Numbered from the stretch's first letter, positions 1 to 9,396 are shown. The stretch: DNA of 18,854 nt from Gemmatimonadota bacterium (GCA_031372565.1 JANMLN010000197.1:1-18854), one strand, 5' to 3'. Numbers and translations: made by a program. The notes: a model not told the origin generated them from the sequence alone.

Positions 1-2
1 AG

Positions 3-1799
3 GGAGACGCGACCACGGGAGGGCGCTACGTCACCGCGACCGCGGCCGCGCCGAACCGACGGCGCGCCTGGATGGAGCGCGCAGCGTGGCTCGCGGCGGT
101 GGCGGCGGTGGGTGCCTTCGCGTGGACCGCGGCACCGTCCGCTGCCGTGGTCGACGCGCCCGTCCTGCGCGTGCCGATTGTCCCGCCTGCGAGCGAGCGC
201 TTCATGACGGGCGGGTTCCCGTTGGTCATCTCGCCGCAAGGTGATCGCGTGGCATACGTGACGCAGGGAACGGCGGGCTACGCGACGATCGTGCAGCGCT
301 TCGACTCGCTCGAGGCCCGCGTGCGGCTCGCCTCGCGTGCGCTCCGGTGGTACGCCTTCTCGCCAGACGGTCGCGAGCTCGCGTACAACGAGCGGTATGA
401 CATCTTCCGCGTGAGCGTCACAGGCGGCACGCCGTCGCTGGTGGGTAGTACCGGCGGCTGGGATGTCCTGGGGCTCGCCTGGATGTCCGATGGGACGCTG
501 CTCATCGGGAGTTACAATGGCCTCCACGCCATTCCCGCGAGCGGCGGCACGGTCCGGAGCATCACGGATTCGACGAAGAAGAAGCGTGTCTACCTGCCGG
601 TGGTGCTCCGCGACGGGAAGACGGTGATCGCGGGAACCGACGGCGTAGCGGCGCAAGGGAGGCTCTCCGCGATCTCCCTCGCGACAGGCGAAACGACAGA
701 TCTGCCGATCCCGGGGGTTGCGGCCCTCGGCATGGTGGACAAGCGCCTGATCTACGTGAGTCTTGGCGGGGACATCGTCGCCGTCCCCTTCGATGTGGCG
801 TCGCGCAAGGTGCTCGGCGACCCCGAACCGCTCGTCGGATCCGTGAGCGCCGGCGCCCTGAGCCCAGGTGGGACGCTCGCCTACATCACCGGTACCGCCT
901 CGTCGCAACTCGTGCTGGCGAGCGGCAAGGAGGAGAGGTTGCTGCGCGCCGACAGCGCCGTCCACCGCGATCCGCGTTTCTCTCCCGACGGTCGTCGCCT
1001 CGCGGTGGTGGTGGGCGAACGGGATGAGGGCGACATCTGGGTGCTGGATCGCGCCGCGAGCACCTTCACGCGGCTGACCACGAACGGCGGCAGCAGCGCA
1101 CCCGAGTGGTCGGCCGACGGGCGACGCATCATCTACAAGTCGGTGAGCGGTGGCGGCGAGTTCATGTTGTCGAGCCCGGTGGATGGCAACGGCGCCACCG
1201 ACACCCTCTTCCGGTCGGCGAGCGAGCTCAAGGGGGAAGCCGGCGTCAACGAGGCGCTGCTCTCCCCGGATGGCCGCTGGCTCGTGATCCGCACGGCGCC
1301 GAGCGCGGCCTACCCGCGCGACATCTACGCCGTGAGCATGACAGGTGATCGCGCGCTGCGCCCGATGGCGGTGGGGTCAAGTTCTGAGATCATGCCGCGC
1401 CTCTCGCGCGACGGGAAGTGGCTCGCGTACCAGTCCGACGTGAGCGGGCGCGCCGAGATCTACCTGCGTCCTTTCCCCGATGAAGGACCGCGCGTGCAGG
1501 TGAGCGATGGGGGCGGCGCCGAGCCGCTCTTCGATGCCAGCGGCCGCACGCTGTACTATCGCACGCCGACCGGTATCGTGGCGGCGTCGCTATCCTTGGG
1601 CGCCGAGGTGACGGTCGGCGCGCGCCGGCTGGTGTTGCCCAGCGCGCAACCCGCCGATGCCACGCACCCGAGTTACGACGTGACCCCCGACGGAAAGCAG
1701 TTCCTGATCCTGCGGCCGACGAGTGGCGATGCGCGCGGGGTGCTGGTGAGCAACTGGGCGAAGGACGTGCGGCAGAAGCTCAAGGCGGCGGGGCGGTAG
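3..1799 (+). CDS. Partial (5'-truncated) membrane protein with TolB-like/PD40 beta-propeller repeats, probably the C-terminal region of a Ser/Thr kinase-propeller protein
   Basis: Frame is open from base 3 through ATG 72. A hydrophobic segment (WLAAVAAVGAFAW) is followed by repeated SPDGR/SPQGD/SADGR/SRDGK/TPDGK blades and the tail YDVTPDGKQFL..VLVSNW. The upstream kinase domain is inferred, not visible. Confidence 0.8.
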   Translation, partial: GDATTGGRYVTATAAAPNRRRAWMERAAWLAAVAAVGAFAWTAAPSAAVVDAPVLRVPIVPPASERFMTGGFPLVISPQGDRVAYVTQGTAGYATIVQRFDSLEARVRLASRALRWYAFSPDGRELAYNERYDIFRVSVTGGTPSLVGSTGGWDVLGLAWMSDGTLLIGSYNGLHAIPASGGTVRSITDSTKKKRVYLPVVLRDGKTVIAGTDGVAAQGRLSAISLATGETTDLPIPGVAALGMVDKRLIYVSLGGDIVAVPFDVASRKVLGDPEPLVGSVSAGALSPGGTLAYITGTASSQLVLASGKEERLLRADSAVHRDPRFSPDGRRLAVVVGERDEGDIWVLDRAASTFTRLTTNGGSSAPEWSADGRRIIYKSVSGGGEFMLSSPVDGNGATDTLFRSASELKGEAGVNEALLSPDGRWLVIRTAPSAAYPRDIYAVSMTGDRALRPMAVGSSSEIMPRLSRDGKWLAYQSDVSGRAEIYLRPFPDEGPRVQVSDGGGAEPLFDASGRTLYYRTPTGIVAASLSLGAEVTVGARRLVLPSAQPADATHPSYDVTPDGKQFLILRPTSGDARGVLVSNWAKDVRQKLKAAGR

Positions 1800-1873
1800 G
1801 CGGGTCGGTTGGCGGCGGCCCCACACCACCGGGTCGAACGGCGCCAGCACGTGCTTGCCGGTCACGCCGTGCC

Positions 1874-2917
1874 GTGACACGATGCTGGAGCAGGCGAGCA
1901 CCGCAACGGCCAGACGCAGCTGCCGGCTCTCTCGACTCGAGATCACGGTCATTGTATAGATCCTTGCTCTTGCTCGGCCTCTCCGCGCAGCTGCCAGCGC
2001 AATCGCCTCCGCGGGCCGTCGAACGCCGCGTCGAGGTGAACGGCGACTCACGCACCGTGATGGTGTACGCGCCCCCTTCCGCGCGTGCTGCTGCGCGCGG
2101 ACTGATCATCCTGCTGCACGGGCACGGCGGCAGTGGGGCCGATCTGCTCGGGCAGGGACGCAGCCGCGCGGCACCCTACCGCGCGTGGTTCGAGGTGGCA
2201 GCGCCGGAAGGGCTGGTGCTGCTGGCACCCGATGGCACAGTTGGCCCCGATGGCCAGCGCGGCTGGAACGACTGTCGCGCCGACGCCAGCACGAATCCCG
2301 GAGCAGACGATGTCGGGTTCATTGCGCGACTCATCAGCGACGTGCGCACCGAGTTTCGTGTGCCGGCGGATCGTGTGTTCCTCGCGGGCACCTCCAACGG
2401 CGGACATATGGCGCTTCGCATCGCGATCGAGCAACCGGCCCTGGTACGCGCCGTCGCGAGCATCGTCGGTGGCATGCCGTCGCAATCCCGATGCGCGGTG
2501 CCCAGCAATCCGGTGTCGGTGCTGTTCATGAACGGCACGGCCGATCCGTTGATGCCGTACGGGGGCGGCCGCATCGGCCGGGGCCGCGATGCGCGGGGGA
2601 GCGTGCTCTCGGTGGATAGCTCCGTCGCGATCTGGCGTCGCCTCGCCGGATTGACGACTGCGACCGACTCGACAGCGGTGGGTCAACCTCTCGCCCGTGA
2701 CCCGACATCGGTCGTGCGCACGACATGGTCGAGACCGGGTGGTCCTGCGATCGTGATGCGTTATCGCGTGAACGGCGGGGGCCACACGGAACCGAGCCGC
2801 AGCGAACGATACGCGTGGCTGTTCACGCGGTTGGTGGGCCCGCAGAGCAGCGCGATCGAGAGCGTGGACGAGATCTGGCGGTTCTTTCAGTTGGCGTCGG
2901 CGCCACCGGGCCGCTGA
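1874..2917 (+). CDS. Secreted alpha/beta hydrolase, PHB depolymerase/LpqP-like esterase
   Basis: LHGHGGSG oxyanion motif, G-T-S-N-G-G nucleophile elbow, NGTADPL acid, GGGH His. Start uncertain; in-frame TTG at 1952 precedes a signal-like LLLLGLSA. Confidence 0.85.
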   Translation: MTRCWSRRAPQRPDAAAGSLDSRSRSLYRSLLLLGLSAQLPAQSPPRAVERRVEVNGDSRTVMVYAPPSARAAARGLIILLHGHGGSGADLLGQGRSRAAPYRAWFEVAAPEGLVLLAPDGTVGPDGQRGWNDCRADASTNPGADDVGFIARLISDVRTEFRVPADRVFLAGTSNGGHMALRIAIEQPALVRAVASIVGGMPSQSRCAVPSNPVSVLFMNGTADPLMPYGGGRIGRGRDARGSVLSVDSSVAIWRRLAGLTTATDSTAVGQPLARDPTSVVRTTWSRPGGPAIVMRYRVNGGGHTEPSRSERYAWLFTRLVGPQSSAIESVDEIWRFFQLASAPPGR

Positions 2918-2979
2918 GCGCAGCGGCGTCCGTAGCGGCCACCTTCACGAGCCGAACCGCCATCATCGATGGCCAGCCG

Positions 2980-3096
2980 TCCAGACGGTCCGCTTGGTCT
3001 CGACGATGCGGCCAAGTGCACTGAAGGAAGACGCGTGATGTGACGGCGAAGAGGACGCTACAAGAGCGTGGCCGTCGGTCGCAAGCTACGTTCGGC
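2980..3096 (-). other. attC site, degenerate (left boundary uncertain, 2951-2990)
   Basis: R'' GCCGAAC (3096-3090) overlaps the end of the ATL gene and matches that cassette's start GTTCGGCGG. Arm gtggccgtcggtcgcaagc pairs only partly with gcttgg...gcggcca. Confidence 0.5.
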
Positions 3097-3499
3097 GGCC
3101 GCGCGCCGAAGTCCTGGCTGCCGTTGTCACGACCGGTCGCGGCGTGGGCGTCACTCCGGTGTTCCGCTTGGTCGGAGAGAATTGCAGCTTCTCGAACCCG
3201 ACGAGCCGACGCGTCGCGTCGAAGCCCAGCCCTTCGGCCTCCAGTAGTTCTCGCTGAGATCGTCCCCGTGCATCGTACTTGGGTCGGCCGAGGCTGCCAT
3301 CGTCTGCGACCACACGATACCAAGGCGTTGCCTCACGGGCGGGATCGTTGAGGCGTGCGAGCAAGAAGGCCACCTGACGCGGGACAACGTCGAGGAAGGC
3401 GCCAATGTCCGCGAAGGTGGCGACGCGGCCCTGAGGGATGGCGGCGGCGACCTGCATCACATCCCGATGGATTCGAGCGAACGCTTCGGACTTTGCCAT
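3086..3499 (-). CDS. Alkyltransferase-like protein (MGMT family, ATL/YbaZ type)
   Basis: IPQGRVATFADIG, PRQVA, and PWYRVV in place of the catalytic PCHRVV; QRELLEAEG. Bounded by attC sites. Confidence 0.9.
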   Translation of the reverse strand: MAKSEAFARIHRDVMQVAAAIPQGRVATFADIGAFLDVVPRQVAFLLARLNDPAREATPWYRVVADDGSLGRPKYDARGRSQRELLEAEGLGFDATRRLVGFEKLQFSPTKRNTGVTPTPRPVVTTAARTSARGRRT

Positions 3500-3528
3500 C
3501 TCACATGCGCGCGAATGTCTGAGAATCC

Positions 3529-3638
3529 GCCGAACGCCGGCGCTTTCTCGCAGGGCCCTTCAATAAGGTGCGGCCAGTGAGCGCCGGCGAACGGGCCGCG
3601 ATCCGTGAAGGCCTTGTCAAAAGCAACGCAGGTGAGAT
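3529..3638 (-). other. attC site
   Basis: + strand: gccgaac..gcgctttctcgcagggcc..loop..ggccttgtcaaaagcaacgc..gtgagat. R' GTTCGGC, R'' ATCTCAC. About 30 bp after the stop at 3671. Confidence 0.8.
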
Positions 3639-3670
3639 GGGTCGGGAGATGCGCCCACGCGCCGGTCGTC

Positions 3671-5067
3671 TCACGGCAGGCGCGGGACGACGAAGTCGAC
3701 GAACATGGAGCGGACGTGGATCCGGAGCGCATCGGCGACGCCGCTGAATCCCACGAAATAGTCGAACGCCGGCACGTAGAACATGTCCGGCGTGATGTGG
3801 AAGACATCGACGTCGAGGCCCGAACCGATGCGGAGGCGGAGGCCGTCGCGGGAGTCGATCACGCGGATCGTGTCACCGTCGGGTGCGACGTAACGTCCGG
3901 CGACCGCGTTGCGCCGAGCGTCATCCACGGCAACGAATAGCGGTCGCGGCGCTCGGTCGGGCTCGCGCCCGGCGAGCACCGCCACGAGGCCACGCTGCAG
4001 AGTGATCAGCGTCCACGGGGCGAGGTCGCTGTTGCTGAGCATCGCCACCGCCTCGCCGCGCGCGCGGTCCCAGTAGGCGAGGCTATGGAATGCGTTGATG
4101 TCGCCGGTGTAGTGGCAGCGTTCAGCGGCATCATCGCAATACCAGCTGAGCCCGTTGATCGCGGAGGGGTGCCCGTCGATGATTGGGCGCGGCTCGCCGA
4201 GCGCGCGCGAATGGCGGGGGGCAGTGCGGTGCCGGTCGCGTGCGCGCCCACCCAGCGCGCGAGGTCGAGGGCAGAGAAGTAGACGTTCGAGCCGCCGACG
4301 AATGCCTCGTTGTCGAAGACGTCGGCGACGACCCAGGCGGTGTCGGCCCATCGATACCCCAACGTGCGCGGTCGGGGAAAATCCGCCAACCGTCCCGGCC
4401 GCGCGAAGCTCGCGTTCATGCCAAGCGGCGCGAAGAATCGCTCCTGGAAGTAGCGCGCGATCGGCTGCCCGGTGACACGCTCGACGACGAGTGCCGCGGC
4501 GTCGAAGCCGAGATTGGAGTACTCGAAGCGCGTCCCGGGCGTGAATCGCGGTCGCGGCATCGCGCGACGCACGGTCGTGAGCAGGGCGACGGTGGTGCGC
4601 AGCTCGTGCGGACCGAAGTACGGGTCGAACGCCTCGTACGAGGGCGGCAGCCCGTTCGTGTGCGTGATCAACTGGCGGACCGTCGTCCCCGCGTACGGAT
4701 ACTCGCGGACGTAGGCGGTGACCGGCGTGTCGATCGCAATGCGCCCCTCGTGCACGAGCGTCCACACCGCGGCGGCGGTGAGCGTCTTGGCGAGCGAGCC
4801 GCCATCCGCGGGGGTGGAGGGCGTGAAGTCGAGGCCGGCGGCGACGTCGGCCTTGCCGGCGCCCCGTGCGTAGACGACTTGGCCATCGCGCACGAACGCC
4901 ACCGCGCCCATGAACGCATGCTCGGCAATGAGCGGCGCCAGCAGCGCGTCCACGCGCGTCGAGTCGATAGCGGTCCAGCCGGTGCGTGCGTCAGGTCGCT
5001 CGCCGATGCGGGCGCACGCCGACAGGACCATCAGCGGGGCGAGAAGGCGCGCGCGCAGACCTGTCAT
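3671..5067 (-). pseudogene. Beta-lactamase-family serine hydrolase lipoprotein split by a frameshift near 4200-4210
   Basis: ORF 4006..5067 has lipobox LSAC, SLAK (SxxK), LITHTNG and YSN. The HYTG..AMLSN C-terminal part continues in the 3671..4765 frame after a (CG)n tract. Confidence 0.85.
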
Positions 5068-5127
5068 GTCACGGGTGCGGGTCCGCCTTGAACTCCGGGC
5101 GGAAGAGAAACGACGCTCGGTCCGCTG

Positions 5128-5835
5128 CTACCGGCATGAACGGGACACCAACTCCGCGGCGCGCGCGTCCCCACGCTCGGCGGCCACGCGGCCATCCGCG
5201 CAGGCCCCCGCCTCGTCGCCCGTGTTGAGCCGTGCACGGGCGCGGCCGGCGTAGGCGCGCGGCCCCGGCAGTCCGGCGTCGATCGACGACGTGAACGCAA
5301 CCAGCGCGTCGGCGTGGCGGCCGGCCGAGCCGAGGGCAATCCCGAGGAAGTACCAACCGGCGGGATCGGTGGGCGCCGCGCCCGTGTAGCGCTCGAGCGG
5401 CGCCACCGCGTCGGCCACGCGCGTGGCATCGATCAGGGCCATGCCCTCGAGCAACTCCAGTTGCGGCGGCGCGAAGCCGAGACGGCGCGCGCGCGCGAGG
5501 TCGTCGAGTGCGGTGCGCGGTTGTCCCATGCGAATGCGCACAGTGGCTCGGCCGGCCCACCCCGGACCGAAGGTCGAGTCGAGAGCGATCGCGTGCGCAT
5601 ACGCCGCCTCCGCGTCGGCCAGCCGGTCGAGTTCACGCAGCGCGCGACCGCGCTGGGCGTGCAATGCGGCCACGCGCGGCGATGCACCAACCGCGGAGTC
5701 GAGGAGGGCGAGCGCCTCTGCCCACCGTTCGCCATCGAGCGCCGCACCGATGCGACTAGCCTGCGCGTCAATGCGTCGCGGGGAGAGCAGCAGCAGGAGG
5801 AGCGCCAACACACCGAAACGAGGGTACGCGAGCAC
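5128..5835 (-). CDS. Secreted tetratricopeptide repeat protein
   Basis: Signal-like LALLLLLLSP followed by TPR helices (RGRALRELDRLADAEAAYAHAIALD; WYFLGIALGSAGRHADALVAF; ACAD). GGAGG upstream of the GTG start. Confidence 0.85.
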   Translation of the reverse strand: MLAYPRFGVLALLLLLLSPRRIDAQASRIGAALDGERWAEALALLDSAVGASPRVAALHAQRGRALRELDRLADAEAAYAHAIALDSTFGPGWAGRATVRIRMGQPRTALDDLARARRLGFAPPQLELLEGMALIDATRVADAVAPLERYTGAAPTDPAGWYFLGIALGSAGRHADALVAFTSSIDAGLPGPRAYAGRARARLNTGDEAGACADGRVAAERGDARAAELVSRSCR

Positions 5836-6050
5836 GAGCCGGATGACGGCCTCCAGGAAACGGGAACGGGCAATTTACCGCCGCCACCTCGAACTCGCCT
5901 TGAACACCAAGAGCCCGTGCGGCGCGAGATCGATCAGCCGACGATGCTCGCCGGTGGAAAACGTCTTCCCGTGCAGCACTTGGGCGGCGACGAGCGCCCC
6001 CGCTCGCTCCGGCACTCCTCGCACACGCCATGAATCACCAACCGGTGCCG

Positions 6051-6301
6051 TGACGTTGGCCCCGTTTCCAGGCAGCGAATGAGGAGAGTCAGGCGGCTTC
6101 GCCGGTCCACGTGTGCTGACGTTGCTGCGTGAACTCCCTGGGGGTCAAGTGTCCCAAGGCGCTGTGGGGGCGCTGCTCGTTGTGGTCGGTCCGCCAGCGC
6201 TCAACGACCTCCCGGACGTGGGCGAGATCTGTGACTTGATGCACGGTGCGGTACTCGTCGCGCAAGCGCCCGTCGAAGGACTCGATATGCCCGTTGTCCG
6301 T
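6051..6301 (-). mobile_element. IS3-family remnant: transposase C-terminus plus right end
   Basis: TDNGHIESFDGRLRDE..WRTDHNEQRPHSALGHLTPREF ends at stop 6089. The minus strand then ends ...GGAAACGGGGCCAACGTCA at 6051, the 5'-TG..CA-3' terminus typical of IS3. Confidence 0.85.
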
Positions 6302-6373
6302 CGCTGCCGTCGTCTTCTGGGCCACGGTCAGCGCAACGTCGCACGAGCGATGTGAACATCCGATGACTTGCCA

Positions 6374-6471
6374 GGCGAACGTACAAGGTTCAACTGCGGC
6401 GCCATCTCGGACGATGCGCAGACGTCGGTCACCGTCAAGCTGGCCCCGCCAGCTCCAACGCGTAGTGAGCG
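6374..6471 (-). other. attC site
   Basis: ggcgaac..aaggttcaactgcggcgcca..tggccccgccagctccaacg..gtgagcg. Arms are very similar to the attC at 16580-16692. 6 bp after the stop at 6478. Confidence 0.8.
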
Positions 6472-6477
6472 TGCGCT

Positions 6478-6750
6478 CTACGGAACGAAGAGGGAGGCGA
6501 GCTTCACGAGTGTGACGTCGAGGAGCGCGACGCCGCCCATGACGAGCCAGTTCACCGTGGGCCGTGGCGTCGCTCCAGCGGTGCGCGAGGCAAGAGCCAG
6601 GATCGCGAAGAAGAACGCGGAAAAGAGAAAGGTGCCACCTTGCCAACCCCACGGCCGGACCGGCGCGAGCGCGGCAAGGAACGTGGAACCGATCGCCATC
6701 CCAAGCAGGCAGGAGTAGAACGTCCGTACAGACAGTGCAGAGGTGGTCAT
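6478..6750 (-). CDS. Small hypothetical membrane protein (about 90 aa, about 3 TM segments)
   Basis: Hydrophobic ORF fills the space between two attC sites exactly. ATG 6750 is preferred because ATG 6786 lies inside the attC. Confidence 0.7.
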   Translation of the reverse strand: MTTSALSVRTFYSCLLGMAIGSTFLAALAPVRPWGWQGGTFLFSAFFFAILALASRTAGATPRPTVNWLVMGGVALLDVTLVKLASLFVP

Positions 6751-6766
6751 CGTGAAGTCCGGGTCT

Positions 6767-6880
6767 GGCGAACGTTCGCGTTCCATGGCAGCGGCCTACA
6801 GAGAAAAGATGCGCCGACCGAGCGCGGCGAGGAAGAGGCGCATCCTGATGGCCGCTGTCAAGAACAACGCAAGGTTGGGC
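6767..6880 (-). other. attC site
   Basis: ggcgaac gttcgcgttccatggcagcggcc..gatgcgcc/ggcgcatc inner stem..ggccgctgtcaagaacaacgc..gttgggc. R' GTTCGCC, R'' GCCCAAC. Confidence 0.85.
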
Positions 6881-6902
6881 CGCGCGGCCAGATGCGGGCC
6901 GG

Positions 6903-8045
6903 TCAGGGTGCGCGCCCCCGTGCGGGGAAGGCGGCCAAGAACGCCGTAGCGAAGGGCGACCGCTCAATGGCTGCTTCATCCAGGCGCGTCGCCCACCGCA
7001 GCGCGTCACTGTTCGCCAGCAGCACCAGCGTGAGCCGCTCCGCAGGCGTGTCGCCCAGCACCTTGAGATAGAGCGCGGAGTACTGGCCGTCCCAGAGGCC
7101 GGTGTGCCAGGCGAGGCGGCGGCCTCCAATGCTTCCGAGAAACCAACCCAGTCCGTAGGGCAGCGCGCGGCCATCGGCCGTACGGGCCGACGTCCACAAC
7201 GCCGCGCGGGAAGCCGGAGTGAGCAACTCGCCGCGCGCGAGTGCGATATCAAAGCGGGCGAGGTCCATCGCGCTGGCGATCACCCCACCCGCCGCCCCAT
7301 CCCCCTGGGGCGGCGGTGGATCAGACTGCCGGAGCAGACCGGCCGCATCCACGTGGTACGGGGTTGCCAGCGCGGCGGCGATCGCGGGGGGCAACGGGAG
7401 GCGCCGATGTTGGCGGGCCGCGTGACGCATCCCGGCGGGACGCAACACGAGCGAGTCGACCAAGGCGGAGAACGCCTGCCCGGACACCTCCGCCATTGGG
7501 CGCGACGCCCACGAGTAGGACGGCGGGTTATACCAGAAGCGGGTCCCCGGTGGACCATTGGCTGTCATGGACAGCACATGCCGCAGCGTCAGTTGGTCAT
7601 CGCCGCACGCGTAGTCGCCAAAGAAGATCCCGCCGTCAGCGCGCGCGGCCGTGCAGAACTCCGCGAAGTCGCGGTAGTTGCGCATGGGCCGATCGAGGTC
7701 GAGGCGCCCATCCTGCACAAGGCGCAGGGCGACGACCGCCGAGATGGGCTTCGTGACCGACGCGATGTTGAAGGGCGTTTCGGGCGTCACCGGGATCGCC
7801 CGCTCCACGTTGGCGAACCCGAATCCCCGCGCCAAGGCGACCGTCGTGTCTCGGAGCAGCACGGCCGCGAGTCCGGGAATGCGCAGTTCGTCGCGGAGTG
7901 CATCAAACCGCGCGAACAACGCCTGGGCTGCCGCGGCATCGTCGGGGTCGACCGCGCGCGCCGTCAGCACCGGGCGCCGAGATGTACACGCCATCCCCGC
8001 GCCGATCGCGAGTGTCGACACCAGAATCCGACCGATAGGAGTCAT
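6903..8045 (-). CDS. Beta-lactamase-family serine hydrolase lipoprotein
   Basis: Lipobox GMAC, FNIASVTK (SxxK), PGTRFWYNP, AAGGVIAS, YGLGW, WHTG, LANS. Start at ATG 8045 (alternative GTG 8069). Confidence 0.9.
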   Translation of the reverse strand: MTPIGRILVSTLAIGAGMACTSRRPVLTARAVDPDDAAAAQALFARFDALRDELRIPGLAAVLLRDTTVALARGFGFANVERAIPVTPETPFNIASVTKPISAVVALRLVQDGRLDLDRPMRNYRDFAEFCTAARADGGIFFGDYACGDDQLTLRHVLSMTANGPPGTRFWYNPPSYSWASRPMAEVSGQAFSALVDSLVLRPAGMRHAARQHRRLPLPPAIAAALATPYHVDAAGLLRQSDPPPPQGDGAAGGVIASAMDLARFDIALARGELLTPASRAALWTSARTADGRALPYGLGWFLGSIGGRRLAWHTGLWDGQYSALYLKVLGDTPAERLTLVLLANSDALRWATRLDEAAIERSPFATAFLAAFPARGRAP

Positions 8046-8094
8046 AGGGTCACCTACGGCCGCAGTCACCTTCGGGTTACACCGGCGGTGCGCC

Positions 8095-8199
8095 GCCCAA
8101 CGTCAGGTTGTGCCGTGGTCGCTTCCATAGAGGTACGAAGCAGCACGGCCGCCCACCCGCTTCCCGAACGCGGCCATCGGTCCCCAACCGCCGTGAGGT
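8095..8199 (-). other. attC site
   Basis: gcccaac..ggttgtgccgtggtcgc..gcggccatcggtccccaacc..gtgaggt. Bulged stem; R' GTTGGGC, R'' ACCTCAC. Confidence 0.85.
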
Positions 8200-8221
8200 C
8201 GCGGCACGCAGGGCCCGGCGG

Positions 8222-8497
8222 CTAGAGGTTGAAACGCAACTCAACGCTCACGCGATCGCCATCGGTCTTCGAGCCGCGCACCTTGGCTGGCACCGCGAGC
8301 AGCGTCCGGCCGTCCTTGCCGCGCCACACGCTCGTGGTCCACCAAACACCGTCGATCCGCGCCTCGACAGGCGTCCGACCCCAGCCATGCGTGACCGGTG
8401 GGGCAAGGCGCTCCGGAACTGGCACGAAGTGCCAACCGCCCTTGCCAGGATACCGGAACAGAATCGCGGTGAACTTGCCGCCGTGCTTCAATCCCAT
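8222..8497 (-). CDS. DUF1905 domain protein
   Basis: GGWHFVPVP..WGRTPVEARIDG..WTTSVW..LLAVPAKVR..GDRVSVEL pattern. Flanked by attC sites. Confidence 0.85.
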   Translation of the reverse strand: MGLKHGGKFTAILFRYPGKGGWHFVPVPERLAPPVTHGWGRTPVEARIDGVWWTTSVWRGKDGRTLLAVPAKVRGSKTDGDRVSVELRFNL

Positions 8498-8546
8498 GGG
8501 GAGTTCAGAGTTCGATCTCTCGGGTCCGCGAACCTTCGGCGCGTCG

Positions 8547-8640
8547 ACCTGACGTTGGGTTGCGCTCCGGGCGCTCCATAAATGCTATGGCGCAGCCGCC
8601 GCGTCCAGATCGTGCCCGTCTGCACCAACCTTCGTGAGAC
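8547..8640 (-). other. attC site
   Basis: acctgac..ggttgcgctccgggcgc..gtgcccgtctgcaccaacc..gtgagac. R' GTCAGGT, R'' GTCTCAC. 2 bp after the PIN stop. Confidence 0.85.
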
Positions 8641-8642
8641 CG

Positions 8643-8885
8643 CTACGTGCGGGATGCGACCGCTCGGTAGCGAACGTGGGGCAGCCCCTCGAAATCCGCG
8701 TCGTGCGTCCAGAGTGTCGCCTCGTACGCGCGAGCGGTCGCATGGATCACGCTGTCCTCGAGCGGCAAGTTCAATTGCGTGCCGAGTGCGGCCGCCGAAA
8801 GAGCGTGCGGCGCCGACAGGTCCACCACCGTCGCCTGCTGCAGGAGCGCGACGGCGTTCAGCGCTGCGCTTTCGTCGCGCTGCTG
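8643..8885 (-). pseudogene. 5'-truncated PIN-domain (VapC-like) toxin
   Basis: QQRDESAALNAVALLQQATVVDL..LPLEDSVIHATARAYEATLWTHDADF is the C-terminal half of a PIN domain. The N-terminal VDSS-type motif, start codon and antitoxin are absent. Confidence 0.8.
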
Positions 8886-8889
8886 CCCG

Positions 8890-9050
8890 GACCACGGCGC
8901 CGCCTGGCTCGACGGCACGCTGGTGACCGGCACCTGGAACGGTCCCCACGCGTCGCTCACCGTGGACGACCGCAGCCGCACCACGGAGTACGACTGCGCC
9001 CACGGAGGGCTGCTCGCGCCCATCCGGCTCGACGCCGACGGCCGGTCACC
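8890..9050 (+). pseudogene. Fragment of a conserved hypothetical exported protein
   Basis: GTWNGPHASLTV..TEYDCAHG..PIRLDADGR reads as protein-like with strong GC3 codon bias. No start or proper end. Confidence 0.45.
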
Positions 9051-9157
9051 GCCGGCCCCGACACGCTCGGCCCCTTCGCCCTGCGCCGCTACGCACCCGT
9101 CCAGCTGCTCAAGAACCTGTGAGCGAGTCGCCAGCCCTTCAGCCTGCCGACCTCCCT

Positions 9158-9257
9158 GCATCACGAACACCCGCGCCAGGCCACGCAGCAGCCCCATGCT
9201 CGTGACATCCGTCACCGTCGTGAGGACGATGCTCGAGGCGATCACCGGGTCGGCGTG
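9158..9257 (-). pseudogene. Possible 3' fragment of an MgtE magnesium transporter
   Basis: ADPVIASSIVLTTVTDVTSMGLLRGLA resembles the MgtE last TM motif DPAxxSxxxxTTxxD. Confidence 0.5.
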
Positions 9258-9396
9258 TTGATGTCTCACTCGATCGGATGAGTCCCGCGCTCCGTTCGTG
9301 CGATGGCTGGCGCCGCAGGGCGCGACACACCTTGAGCGTGGACCCTCATGCGTCCCGGCCCGCGCCGCGTGCCGTCGCCCAGGTACCGGGAGCCTC

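Noticed and set aside
6089..7252. 387-aa ORF as a full transposase
   Set aside because: Only the last ~70 aa are IS3-like; the rest crosses two attC sites and overlaps real genes.
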